DNA of 64,000 nt from Octopus sinensis (taxonomy: Eukaryota), in contig NC_043013.1 of NCBI RefSeq assembly GCF_006345805.1, positions 12,834,001 through 12,898,000 of the forward strand. Direction: 5' to 3'. Numbering within the stretch: the first letter of the stretch is position 1; every line of letters begins with the position of its first letter. The notes below the pieces were generated by a model that was not told where the DNA came from, did not search any database, and saw nothing but the letters and a program-made list of their open reading frames with translations. Below are positions 1 through 13,444 of this stretch, piece by piece. The position numbers and the translations under genes are program-made.

Positions 1-462
1 ATCCAGAAAACGCAGTTTTGCAAAAGTTGTTTCATTTCGATTTCAAAATTTTTATTGAAATTCTCATAAATATTCGCCGATTCATACCCTGCCCTATTTT
101 AAACATACCTCGATATTGCTGAGTACAAACGACTTGTATGAACGAAAAATGCAGCAACAATACCACTAACAATAAAGTTTAGGTTGAATCTATCTTCCTA
201 GGTATACATATATACTTGCCGTGCTCCCTATCTACCTATATACATACACACATGCATGTGCATATATACACACACACATGCATACATGCATACATACATA
301 TTACATGCATTCATACATACATAAATACACACCTACATACATATTCTATCGGGGTCTTTTGCCGAACCGCTAAGTTACGGGGACGTAAACACACCAGCAT
401 CGGTTGTCAAGCGATGTTGGGGGGACAAACACAGACACGCAAACATATACACAAACACATAC

Positions 463-501
<39 letters not shown>

Positions 502-2800
502 CGTCAGGCTTCTTTCAGTTTCCGTCTACCAAATCTACTCACAAGGCATTGGTCGGCCCGAGGCTATGGAAGACACTTGCCCAAGGCGCCACACAATGGG
601 ACTGAACCCGGAACCATGTGGTTCGTAAGAAAGCTACTTACCACACAGCCACTCCTACGCCTATTTTGTTTAATTTTTATTCAGTTTTCCAGTTCAGTCT
701 TTCTCATCTTTCATTCTTTCTTTTTATAATTACAATATTGTCGTTTTCTCTCTTACATTTTTCTTTCTTTCTTCGTCTCCTTTTATCTTTCTCTGATCAT
801 ATCTTTTTCATCCTTCCCTCTCAAAATTCTTATAAAATCTCGCGCCATCTGCCCAACTCAACATATTAGGCGTATATAACGTAATGCAGTAAGATGTTCC
901 CTGATGATCCGTTGTTGTTAAGAATCCATTCCACTTGAAACATCCAATGCAGTGTCGCAAAGAACTAGAATAGTGAAACGTAGTTGGAACGAATAATCTA
1001 ACCGTGTGTTTATCGGAATTTGCCATGCATATATATGCGTGTGTGTGTGTTCGTGCAGGCGTAAATGTATTCGTAAATATAGACATACAGACTTAACATC
1101 GATAATTATTATTGATATTGCTCAAAAATACATTTTATCGCTGTCGAGCCTGTTGAAGGTGAGAGATGAGTAACAAGAAAAGATAATTAACAGAATTATA
1201 ATTGTTGGAAGCTGTAATGACAGGGTATACAATGTTTTGATTAGCAGATATTTCTAATTAAATGACAGTCTCCGCCACATCATAATTCGAAGGCAAAGCA
1301 TTTGAAATCCCAAAACGAGAGATTGATAGGAAATAATTAATAAGCGAAAGATACAGTGAAGCCCTAGCAGTCTGAAAACATTTTAGGTGTTACTGATTGC
1401 ATGGGACATATTTTCAGTTAAATTTAGAAACTTTTCTTTACAACCTTGATAATATGTAGCTGCCCGGTCAATATTGAAAAGAGAAAGCAAACCACATACA
1501 TACACACATGTGCATACATAGTTACATAGATATATACATACAAACATACACACATAAATACCTACGTACATATACATACATACGTACATATACATACATA
1601 CATACATACATACATACATACATGTATGCATGCATGCATATATAATTAAACTGCCATGGTTGCTAGCTGTAAAGTGAAACAACGAAGGAATGTATCATAA
1701 AAGGTTTTGAGAGGTAAATATATGAATCAGACACACAAACACTCACATACACGCGCACACAAACACACAAACACTCACATACACAAACACACACACACAC
1801 AAACACACACACACGCACACACACTGACGCTCATACACAGAAGTATACAACGACATTCAATGTCCTTAATGTCACTCGTAAGTCATGTACCATGCAGTTT
1901 TGATATAGATCTTTGTATTCCATTTGAAATTCGTGTTCATATTCTCATAAATAATCGATGAATCATGCTCTGCTCTATTTTAAACAAACCTACACGTTGT
2001 ATTATTATTTTTTCTTCCTTATTCAATGAATAATCACAAACATCTTTATATAGAAATCAACTTCTGCCTGGGCAAATGATATTACAACAAAGAAACAGGA
2101 TAAAACAATGATAATCTTGGCAGCGTTTTCTGGAAGTTGAATGTAGTCTTCGAAGAAGGCACGAAAGTACTCCTTAATTTTGGTGAAGCATGACCTGTAG
2201 GAGCGCAGACATTTACATTTTGGTATTGGGTATGTAAGGGAATATTAGGGTGTGGATTTAGCTATAAGCATTTAAAATCCTTTTCAATTTAATACTATGA
2301 TACATTGGTTGTTAGCTGCAAAGTGAAACAAGGATGACAAATATCATAATAGGTTTTGACATGTAAATATATAAATAAAACACACACACACATACACATA
2401 CAGGCACGCCCTCAAACATGTGCACATTTTCTCACGCATAAAACCACGTTCAATCTCCTTTATCTTTCTCGGAATTCATGTACCAGGCAGATTTATTTAA
2501 CTTGTTTGTATTCGATTTGAAATGTTTGTTGAAATTCTCATAAATATTCGCTGATTCATACCCTGCCCTATTTTCAACATACCCAGGCGTTGCCATGTAA
2601 CATCAACCCGTATGAACGAGAAATGCAGCAACAAAATCATTAGCAATAAAGTTTAGGTTTATTCTAGGTATACACGTACTTGCCGTGCTCCCTATCTACC
2701 TGCCTATATACATACACACACGCATATGCATACATACACACATACATGCATACATGCATACATAGATACATACGTATTACATGCATTCATACATACATAA
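1..2800 (-). pseudogene. Tandemly duplicated, degenerate exon/intron units with signal-peptide, WSC-like and C-type-lectin-like remnants
   Basis: Paralogous blocks are 1-290 vs 2485-2800 and 1666-1990 vs 2316-2585. Minus-strand donors (G|GTATGT) and acceptors (ttcactttgcAG, ttcactttacAG) are shared. Peptides include MILLLHFSFIRVDVTWQRL, YYQGC...CGG and YCITLYTPNMLSWADGARF, with several stops. Confidence 0.4.
343..663 (-). mobile_element. tRNA-derived SINE, family A (3'-truncated)
   Basis: Head GGCGTAGGAGTGGCTGTGTGGTAAG...GGTTCCGGGTTCAGTCCCA with an internal (TA)n/(TG)n tract. Near-identical to five other copies in the window. Confidence 0.85.
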
Positions 2801-3509
2801 CTACCTACCTACATGCATACATGCATGCATACATACATGTATAGATATATATACATGCATATATATATATATACACTCTATTTTGTGTGTGTTCGTCTTT
2901 GTGTGTCTAAGCGACCCTCGATGTGGATGTATGTGTATATTTGTATAGATCTATCTTTTTCTCCCTCAAACATATATATATATATGTGTTACGATTTAGT
3001 CCTTTTGCAATATTGAAATAGACTTTTCGGTACCTATGCCCTGTATGATCATACCCTACTAATTTTCATATATTCAGGTATATTTCTTTTTATATTTATT
3101 TTCCAACTGTTAATGCTTTCTGTCAATCAATTCACAGACAGGCCATTTCCAAAGACACCCATCTTCATATTTGTCTTACATCCCCCATCCCTCTCTTCCG
3201 TACTTCCTTTCTCACCATGTTTGTTTCCTTTCTCTCCTCTATTGTTTTGAGGAGTATTTATTCTCTCTTAATCATTTCTCTTAAATATAATATAATTTCA
3301 AACTATTTTCTTTACTTTTCACAGACTGATATTTCCTAAGATACCCTTTTTTTCTATTTCTCCTACATCCCCCTCCCTCTCGCATGTGCTCCCTCTTTCT
3401 CTCCATGCTTCCTTTCTGTCTGTCATTGAGTCCACGATGTCATATCTAATCAAACATAACAGCCATAATAGCCTTAACAGCCATCAAACATAACAGCCAT
3501 AGGAATGGT

Positions 3510-4110
3510 TTCAATAACATCTCTTATCTTTTCTTTGTTAATGATCTGAAGCAGTATGAGCCAAATATTAATCACGATAAAGAGCAACTGAATCTCACAA
3601 TCCGTTTGTCAAAAGATATCGGAATGGAATTTGTTGTGTCCAAATGTAAACTTTGAGAGACAAAATTTGGTAACCTTTTTCCCCCTCTCCAACACATTAA
3701 ACATTAACCACCTAGAAATACAGCCTCAGCTCTCTGGGAAAAGTTACAAATGTCTTGAACAGGATGAGAATGTCGGATCCATCAATAAGGAGAGGACAAA
3801 ATATAAATACTTGAAGAGGGTAAAAAACTATGGTCATCTGAACTCTCAGCTTACAACACGTGTACTGCTCCTTTACAGTGCTTTTCCTCACACCTACACT
3901 ATACGTTCTGAACTGGTCACTATCAGAACTCAGTGAGATAGATATAGATCCCATGAGCTGCTAGGTGGTACAGAAACTTCAAATTCATTGGAGATTTTGA
4001 TAGGCTATACTTCTCAAGCATGTATTGTGGCCGTGGTCTCAAAGACCAGCTTCTTTAATGGCTGAGTCAATAAAAAAGGAATCTACAATAATGCGGAAAG
4101 TACAAAAGAT
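3510..4110 (+). mobile_element. R4/Dong-like LINE RT fragment (decayed)
   Basis: Translated remnants YLFFVNDLKQY (YxDD region), IGMEF, SYKCL, DRLY..GRGL, with stops and frameshifts. Confidence 0.6.
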
Positions 4111-4329
4111 AAATTGATCATCCCCAAATAGAGAAACGAGCTAGGATAATGTTTAGATTTGAGCTTTCAGCATTTAACACGATTATTTCCTTCGGTAGTT
4201 AAGGTAGTATCTTAATAAATAAGACACTTATCATTAGTTGCAACACTTCGAAGAGTGTCAACAATTAATCGTAAAATGCGAGTGACTGATTTTCATTTAT
4301 TCTTTCATTCATGGAGAATATGAAACAGA

Positions 4330-4925
4330 AACATTTATGCAGGTTCTTACATATATATGTAATGGTAATCCACGAGCAACTAACAATGACCAGTGTCCGG
4401 GCAAAATGCCGGCATTGTCCGTGCATGTGGTCCTTGCACCCACTGTTGGCTTCACAAAAGTTCACGCCCGCTGCGCCTCTCTACTGGACTGGGTATCAGA
4501 GAGTCACCTCGTTGGCAATTGTACAACCTACACTCTTAGGTCCAATAAGGCTTCACAACACCTCACAGGCCCGCTTCACCACTCATCTTTGATGATCCAG
4601 AGAAAAACCAACGCAAGATATCCAGTGCAACAACGGGTCGCAGGCCCGTTGTTGCACTGGATATGGAGGACCATACTCACAAGTGCAAACAAAAGATCTT
4701 CAAAATGTTCAATGCCGTTCCCTATATATTTTTAATTCAGAGTGACTTTCTCCCAGTGGTCTTCCAATTCACCGGACACCAACGCGGGATTTCTGAGTTC
4801 TGCTGGGTTTCTAGTATCCCTCCTGATCAGGCAAGCCTAGTTGTGAAGCCGGTTGAGTCGTCCATTACTCGACCATGTAACAACTCCACTGGATTCCATG
4901 TTACTGGTAGCACTCATGAGAAACC
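4330..4925 (-). mobile_element. GC-balanced repeat, probably a LINE 5' UTR fragment, containing a perfect 20-bp hairpin
   Basis: Abrupt GC rise relative to the flanks. Inverted repeat 4618-4637 / 4645-4664. No coherent ORF. Strand assignment is tentative. Confidence 0.35.
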
Positions 4926-5099
4926 TCACATGACACACACACAAACCCACGCACACACACACAGAGTAAGAAATTTCTATGAAGAGATTTTCACCGAGTA
5001 ATAAGTTGAAGGGGTGGGAAATATCAAACATATAATAAAAGAAGGAAAATGCACACAATCTATATACTTTTAATATATTTTATAATAGAGTATTATCAT

Positions 5100-5133
5100 A
5101 GTCTACCGGTTTCGCGTTTTGCTAATCATGGCT
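5100..5133 (-). ncRNA. Degenerate minimal type-I hammerhead ribozyme
   Basis: AGCC-ATGATTA-GC-AAAAC-GC-GAAAC-CG-GTA-GACT. Two substitutions relative to the CUGAUGA core; palindromic stem III. Confidence 0.55.
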
Positions 5134-5720
5134 GGGAAATCGGTGGAAATAATGCAATTTCATAGCATTTTAAGGAGTCTTTAGTCCATTTTGTTTACAT
5201 CAGAGATTGCTTGAAAATGAACCAGCATGTCAAAAAATCTAAGAAGAGGTAATTGGTGATTGTTATTTCTCGCGGAACACTTTTTGTGGGTTACACTTTT
5301 TGGGGAGGGTAAATTTACAGTATTTATACTACGAAGTTGGTTATGCGTTCATGAATTAAAATATTTAGAAATCCAAAATTGGTTATGCGTTCATATCCAG
5401 ATACGGTTTGTATTTTTCATTTTATTTAATCATTCTTATATAGAGATTCTTTCCTTGCACTTGTAGAAGGGGAAATTCCCTGCGCATCTCTATTTGTTCG
5501 CTGAATGGTATGTATTTACATCTTGGGAAATGAATCTTTTCTTTAGGAAGTATAGTTCTCCGTCTAAGTGGCATCTTTGTTTGGCCAATATAGTTGTGTC
5601 CGCATCTTGAACAAGTTAATACATAAATTAAAAAAAAACTTGGCAAGCACAAATGAAATTAATCCTAATTGTAAATCTCTGTCGTTTTTTGAAGTGAATT
5701 CCGAACCAAATAGGTTGAAG
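5100..5720 (-). mobile_element. Penelope-like element 3' part: GIY-YIG endonuclease plus pseudo-LTR
   Basis: LIYVLTCSRCGHNYIGQTKMPLRRR is the GIY-YIG motif typical of Penelope-like elements. A degenerate hammerhead lies about 300 nt downstream. Confidence 0.8.
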
Positions 5721-5721
5721 C

Positions 5722-5848
5722 ATGTATGTATGTATGTATGTATGTATGTATGTATGTATGTATGTATGTATGTATGTATGTATGTATGTATGCATGCATG
5801 CATGCATGCATGTATGTATGTATGTATGTATGTATGTATGTATGTATG

Positions 5849-5879
<31 letters not shown>

Positions 5880-5905
5880 GTATGTATGTATGTAAGTATG
5901 TGTGT
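5722..5905. repeat. (TATG)n microsatellite
   Basis: Seen directly. Confidence 0.95.
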
Positions 5906-6118
5906 AGAGCTGAAAAAGAGGTAATTTCTACTCTTCTCCTCTGGAAGCCATCTACTCGCAATACCAGAGGGCGCACACTCTCCTACCCTGATGTAATCTC
6001 CAGGGATACAGGCATCCAGCAACAGGACCTCCGTAATGCCATGATAGACCGTGAAGTCTGGCGTAGCATGGTAAATTCCATTGTCTCGACCACGGTCGAA
6101 CAATGATGATGATGATGT
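5905..6118 (+). mobile_element. LINE (RTE-like) 3' end with (GAT)n tail
   Basis: LLWKP..RGRTLSYPDVISRDTG..DLRNAMIDREVWR C-terminus, followed by a GATGAT tail. Confidence 0.7.
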
Positions 6119-6133
6119 GTGTATCTATGTATG

Positions 6134-6241
<108 letters not shown>

Positions 6242-7239
6242 CACGTGGTTTGCCTCTGGGGAGGAATTCGCCATCAAAAGGCAGATAATCTCTTCTTGGT
6301 TAGACAAAGTTGAATTTATATATTTAATTTTTTAGCTTAAAAGGTTTTTAAAAGGTTTCTTACACAAAATAGAACAAAGCTCCTAGATATTTTTTGCCGT
6401 TGGTAGCCGTGTACATAATTTCTTTATCTGTGAATTAAGGCTACCATTGGTTTCATGTTAAGAAAAGTAGGAAAATATCCTAGTGTCTAGACAATTTTTC
6501 AAGTCTATCACATGAAGGTGTTCGACTCCATTTTGGAAAACAGTCTTCTACTTGTATGTTGAGGTAGTACCTCAACATACTAGTAGAAGGACACCATGCT
6601 CACAACAAAAACAAACCAATGTACAATAATTAGCCATTGATTCATTGTTTTACTGTGTATGTATATCTCTGTCTATGTCTCTATGTATCTCTGAAGATGA
6701 GGATGAGTGTGTGTGTGTATATAGGTATAGCTATACTTTTGTATATGTGTGTGTGTGTGTGTGTCTATGTACATGTGCTTATGTCTGTATAGCCATATAT
6801 GTTGTTGACATACAATCTTTGCACTAGTTGAGCGTCATAAAATAAATAATATATTTCTGTTGTTTGACAAAACATGTGCAAGTTATATTGAACGTTCTTG
6901 ATTGGCTGGTAAATTATGCATCAATTATTATTATATAAATGATGAGGTTAATGTTCAAATTAATATTTAAATATATTTTGTATATTCAGAATTTTCTAAT
7001 TTGTATATTGGTTCTATATTTAGAAATATGCCTTTGTTCTGATCTAATTTGATATAGGCTAATGATCTGACAATGATGTATATATAATCATATCAAAGGG
7101 AAATGGAATTTAATTAAAATTATAAACATTTAATCAAAATTTACATTTCCAGTGGTCTAACGTGTAAAAAAATTAGTCAAAAAGACTATATATTAGTCAT
7201 ACGATATATTGTATATTTAAACACATAAGGAATCATGAC

Positions 7240-7298
<59 letters not shown>

Positions 7299-7501
7299 GA
7301 GAGAGAAAGAGAGAGAGAGAGAAGGTCAAGTCAATCTCTGTCTCTCTTGCTTACTCTTGTGGTTTCGACGTCGAACCCACAAGTATAAACAAGGGAGACA
7401 GAAACAGGCAGAAACAAGGAAAATGCCTCTTGTATTTGAATACTATGCAAATATTCTTTTAAAATACTTTTCATTTAATTTTTTCCAAATTTCCATACTT
7501 G

Positions 7502-7537
7502 CAGCTGAAAATGTCTCAATGAACGAAACCGGTACTG
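7502..7537 (+). ncRNA. Degenerate minimal type-I hammerhead ribozyme
   Basis: CAG-CTGAAAA-T-GTCTC-AAT-GAAC-GAAAC-CG-GTA-CTG. Stem I CAG/CTG pairs, and the core has one substitution. Confidence 0.55.
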
Positions 7538-7586
7538 AAATGTTTTTTATAAAATTATTTTAGCATTTTCTATCTTGACTTTTTTC

Positions 7587-7627
7587 CATATATATGTGTG
7601 TGTGTGTGTGTGTGCGTGTGTGTGTAA

Positions 7628-7660
<33 letters not shown>

Positions 7661-7663
7661 TAC

Positions 7664-7743
<80 letters not shown>

Positions 7744-7880
7744 ACGTATATATATATATTTATATATGTATATGCATATATGTGTATATATGTGTATGTA
7801 TGGGTGTATATGTGTCTGAATGGGTGTGTATGTATATGTATGCATGAATTTATGTATATGTATATGTGTCTGTGTGTATT
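7587..7880. repeat. (TG)n/(TA)n compound microsatellite
   Basis: Seen directly. Confidence 0.9.
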
Positions 7881-7980
7881 CATGTTTATGTTTATGAGTG
7901 GGGCTTTAGGTGTCGATATATGTAAATCATATTTATATAGACAACTATGTAAAGTAGAATTTAGAAATGTTAACTTATAC

Positions 7981-7983
<3 letters not shown>

Positions 7984-8022
<39 letters not shown>

Positions 8023-8610
8023 TGTGTACAGTGCTCAGGTGCACTACAACTCATCTAAAGTGTATATATAATCAGGTGTAGTTTCGGCGGATTTCGGAAA
8101 GCATGAGGGCCTTAAAAGATGCAGTGTCATGGCAGTCAACAACTGACGCAGGCAGCTTATTCCATGCTTCAGCAACTCTGAGCGTGAAAAAATGTTTCCG
8201 AAAGTCATGGGAGCTGTATTGTTTTCTGACTTTGTAGGCATGTCCACGTGTGTTAGACACATGGAGATCAAAAAGGTGTTCAGTGTTGTTGTTGGTGAGG
8301 TGGTTGATAACTTTGTGGGTGTTTACCAAGTCCGTCGCCAAACGCCGGAGCTTCAGTGAATCCATGCCCAGGGAAACAAGGCGCTCAGAATATGGTAGGT
8401 GTCTGATGGAGGGTATGCGTTTGGTTGCACGTCTCTAGACAGATTCCAGGAGGTCAATGTTCTGTGCAAGATAGGGGTTCCAAACTGATGATGCGAATTC
8501 CAAGTGTGGCCGTACCATAGCTGTATACAGTTTTAAATAGATGGCTGGAGAGCGGCTAACAAAAGACCTGCTGAGTGATGCCAAGACACCCTCGGCCTTC
8601 CTGACAATCT
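7984..8610 (-). mobile_element. CR1-type LINE 3' end with (TTA)n tail
   Basis: LYTAMVRPHLEFASSVWNPY, LKLRRLATDL, RGHAYKV, FFTLRVAEAWNKLP. The tail is the (AAT)n tract at 7984-8021. Confidence 0.85.
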
Positions 8611-8844
8611 TAAGTAAGGTAGTAAAGAAGATTCGGTTTACGGAGCATAATGTCATGCACAGTTTTTGTTTGTATACTATTGCTAAGCGTAATAATTTAG
8701 ATTAGTCATTTTGTTTGAAGTGTATTTTATCTATCTACTGCACACACTCAAATTCCTAAAAGCGAAAATGCTCCTAACGGTTTAATAGAGATTTGCGTTA
8801 TTTTTATTTACCAAAATGTTGTAACAAGGAACTTTCTCTTAAGT

Positions 8845-8965
8845 TCCCTGATGAAGCTGTTTTCCTAAATGCATTGTATTGATTAATTATTTAATTATTT
8901 AATCATTTAATTATATAATCATAAACGGATATGCTCTTGGTAAATTAGCTGAAAGATGTGTCGGA
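8845..8965 (+). ncRNA. Type-I hammerhead-like motif with long AT-rich stem II
   Basis: TCC-CTGATGA-AGCT...(about 90 nt)...AGCT-GAAAG-ATGT-GTC-GGA. Stem I TCC/GGA; stem II is closed by AGCT/AGCT; one stem III mismatch. Confidence 0.5.
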
Positions 8966-9149
8966 TATTTTATTTACTTATTAATCTTTTGTGAACTTTA
9001 TAGATATTAGGAGAAATAAATAATTAATTGCTATACCACTTTTCCATTGTGAACTTTATTTTATGCACACAGACACAGACATATACACATACACACTCAG
9101 ACACACACACACACACACACACACGCACACCACACACACACACATATCT

Positions 9150-9703
<554 letters not shown>

Positions 9704-9800
9704 TATTGAGGGTTTACCCGAAAGAAACCGGAATTTTACAATATTATTGTATTCATATAGTTTTACATGTTTACACTTTTATTGCCTTCAAAGTATTTTC

Positions 9801-9944
9801 TACATTATTTACATTTGGCGGATATTTGTCCTCATCGTGTTTCTTGTTAACACAACGTTTCGGCTGATATACTCTCCAGCCTTCATCAGGAGTCTTGGGG
9901 AAATTTCGAACCTGGGTTCTCATTCCTAAGGTATTTTTCAATGC

Positions 9945-9998
<54 letters not shown>

Positions 9999-10106
9999 TA
10001 TCATTATTATTATTATTTTGTCCAGGTCACTGCTTGGAATCGAACTCGGAAACTTGGGGTTAGTAGCTCTTAACCAGTACGCCATATGCCCGTGGGCATA
10101 TGGCAT
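9801..10106 (-). mobile_element. tRNA-headed SINE-like element carrying a hammerhead ribozyme
   Basis: A-box-like TGGCGTACTGG (10074-10084), B-box-like GAGTTCGATTCC (10036-10047), an (AAT)n tract, then a hammerhead at 9849-9894. Palindromic head at 10081-10104. Confidence 0.7.
9849..9894 (-). ncRNA. Type-I hammerhead ribozyme with intact core
   Basis: GACTC-CTGATGA-A-GGCTG-(10 nt)-CAGCC-GAAAC-GTT-GTGTT. Perfect 5-bp stem II, palindromic ACGT stem III, one mismatch in stem I. Confidence 0.75.
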
Positions 10107-11784
10107 AATGGTTAAATATAGAACTGGAAAGTATTTTCTATTTGAAGCAATGCATCGGTCCAGACGCGTTTTCTACTATTCGGTGCAGTGCTGAAACTCT
10201 TGCCAAGTGATTCCTTTTAATGCCTCCGTTGTTTTATTATTCACTTCTTCCACATCTGCAAATTCCGTAGCACCAAGTTTCGTCACCAATGATGACCTTT
10301 GAAAAATGGTCCGCATCAACTGCCCACTTTTCGTTCAATTCGCGACATGAATTCAGTCGTGTCTGCTTTTTCTTTTCCTAGATCAAGCGCAGCACAAATT
10401 TTGCTGCAACTCTTTTCATCCGCAGTTTCTCGCTTAGAATTCGTTGGCAGGAGCTCCAGGACACCCCAATCATATCAACATGTTCATTTGTTCAGTAATC
10501 GTCCCCCAAGGCTAGCTCATGAATGTGTACGATGTTTTCATTTGCTCGGGAAGTCGTCGGTCGTCCTGAATGAGGTTGGTGTTCAGGTGGCAAGTAACCA
10601 TTCATAACGCCTGGAAACCACTCGTAAACATGTGTTTTGCACATCGCAGCGTCCTTATAAGCTGTTTAAATCATGACAAATGTTTTGGCCGCCATTTTTC
10701 CCGGCAGAAAACAGAATTTCACGAAAGCACGCTTCGCTTCAGCCATCGCAAAAATCAACAAACAAGGGTGAAGCACTCCTAAACAAAACCACACTATGTG
10801 GAAGTAGGAGTACACTGGACGATGCCAGTCCATAGACTGATGCCTGAGGGTCACACAGAGAACGTTTCCAGTTACCTTTGTGTAGGCCCTTGGACATGTA
10901 TATTTACACAAACACACAAACACACACACACACGCACACACACACACACACACGCACGCACACACACACACACACACACATGATTATCCAATGGGCAATT
11001 ATATTTAACCCTGGAGGAGCACCTATTTGTAGCCGTTGTTGGTGACCGGGTGTTGTGTAGCGTTTGTCCTGTCATTTCATTTATACTTGCTTGTGGATTC
11101 ATCATTGGATAATCTTTGCATGTCTCACATCGTCTATAAATACACTGTGCACACGAGGGGAGGCCCTTATGTGTACGTTAGTGCCACGGCTGTGAGTGTG
11201 TATGTGTGTGGTAGCGGTGGGGGGGTCTGTGATCATTGCGGGTGTGTACTTGTGTGAGTGTGTCTGTGGGTGTATCAGTGTGCGTGCGTGCGTGCGTGTG
11301 CTCCATGGTAGCAGTGCCGATCTGATGTTTGTATGTGTGTGTGGGTGGCTGAATCTTTATGTCCTGAGGTATGTATCTTTGTGTGTAGGTGTGTTTGTGT
11401 TTGTGTAGGTGTGTGCTGGCCTGTGACCACGAGTATAATTGTTAACGTGTGCGTCTGTATGTCTTTGCATTGATTTAAACGTATGAATGTGCGCGGCTGT
11501 TTGTCCGTGTATCTGACTAACTGTTAAACTATCTCAACGTAACGAAACTCAAATGTAAAGCTCCCAACTTAAAACCTTATTATCCCAATTGAGGAGTCTT
11601 CTTTGCACTGAGCGTTGCATCTGGTGTGGTGTCAATGCATCGTTCCACGCCCACAAGGGAGCAGTGCATCTGGAAGATTAAACAATTGTTGTGATTTTCG
11701 TATACATACATACATATATATAACATATACACATATATACATATATGTATGTGTATATATATCAATATCTATATCTAAATCTAA

Positions 11785-11853
<69 letters not shown>

Positions 11854-12240
11854 ATATATAATATATGTGTGTATATATGTGTGTATGTATGTATTATATA
11901 TATGTGCGTATGTATGTATGTATGTATGTATTTATGCATGTATGTATGCATGTTGTTTGTATGTATGTATATGCATTATTTCCACACCAACCGAATAAGT
12001 AATTATGAAGCTTGAATGTTTTATTTCTTTAACTTTAATGATATATGTGATAGAAAATACTGAGCCCAGCCAACACATTTCCAAGAGCTGTAAGTTTTCA
12101 CGGTAAAAGAGTCACATGTTAATGAGGTGTATTCAGCTCGAGGGCCACAGTTCAGCTACCCTGCTCTATTGAGCTATTATTGAAGCACCACTGAATTTTG
12201 AAAATGGAAGACAGAAAGCACTCGAAGTTAAAATTTCCAG

Positions 12241-12635
12241 AGGCGCAGGAGTGGCTCTGTGGTAAGTAGCATTTTTACCAACCACATGGTTCTGGGTTCA
12301 GTCCCACTGCGTGGCACCTTGGGCAAGTGTCTTCTACTATAGCCTTGTGAGTGGATTTGGGAGATGGAAACTGAAAGAAGCCCGTCGTATATATGTATAT
12401 ATATATGCGTGTGTGTGTTTGTGTGTCTGTGTTTGTCCCCCTAGATTTGCTTGACAACCGATGCTGGTGTGTTTATGTCCCAGTTACTTAGCGGTTCGGC
12501 AAAACAGACCGATAGAATAAGTACTGGGCTTACAAAAGAATAAGTCCCGAGGTCGAGTTGCTCGATTAAAGGCGGTGCTCCAGCATGGCCGCAGTCAAAT
12601 GACTGAAACAAGTAAAAGAGTAAAAAGAGTAAAAG
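12241..12635 (+). mobile_element. tRNA-derived SINE, family A
   Basis: Full head-to-tail match to the other copies. Confidence 0.9.
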
Positions 12636-13444
12636 AGAGATTGTCTCCTCTTTCCAAACTCTGACAGGTGAGGGAAGAACTCTCCCGTTCAAAACCTATG
12701 GGTGTTGTTATCAGGCGTTGGATGGTTATACGAAGGTAGGAATGCACTGGTCTTACCAAATGGTCGCTTTTATATTGTGGCAAAAGCATTACTTATAGTT
12801 CTTATGAGCTGTTGCGTCTATACATTTTGTAGAGAAGAGTCACTGCAGCAGTGTGTCTCCCGTGTTGAAGGGATATGAAAGGAACGTTCACAGATTTTCT
12901 TTTCCTTAATATAGTCACGTTTGTATTGGGGCTCAGGCAGTCACAAGAGTATTTCTTTTTACCTCAGTGTTGGGATTTCGTTGCTGTATTTATGCTCTGA
13001 TTCACATCAATCATTAACCAACACACTGTTCTTTTCTGTTTTTATTCTCATTCAAATTATGTAAACTCCACCCTTCTTACTATATTCTGTAGTCTGACAT
13101 AATATACTGTGTTCAGTTCAACTGGTTAATCTTGATTCACTCCTTGTTAAAACACTATTTCTAACTAAATATAGTTTAAATGGATACATATAATAACACT
13201 TGTTATCTTACAACTTATAAAACCACTTCGATATGAATACCTTAAGATGTAACTCAATATGGTTCTTAAATTGTTATTTTTCATGTTCTTAAACTGATAT
13301 TTTCGGTTACTTATATTTATGCCAAATATTTATACTATATTCTTTTATACAAGTATATATATGTGTGTGTGTGTGTGCGTGTCTGTATATATGTGGGTGT
13401 GTGTGCGTGTGTGTGTATGTGTGTGCATGTATATATATATATAT

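Larger units (their letters stand above)
9708..10891 (-). mobile_element. Mariner-type DNA transposon remnant
   Basis: Minus-strand KRAFVKFCF..GKMAAKTFVMI.TAY..VYEWF and SGRP HTH motifs. Degenerate TIRs at 9708-9733 and 10866-10891. Interrupted by the insertion at 9801-10106. Confidence 0.75.

Noticed and set aside
10030-10095. tRNA gene
   Set aside because: A/B boxes are present but there is no complete cloverleaf; it is a SINE head. The same applies to 27375-27445 and to the family A and B heads.
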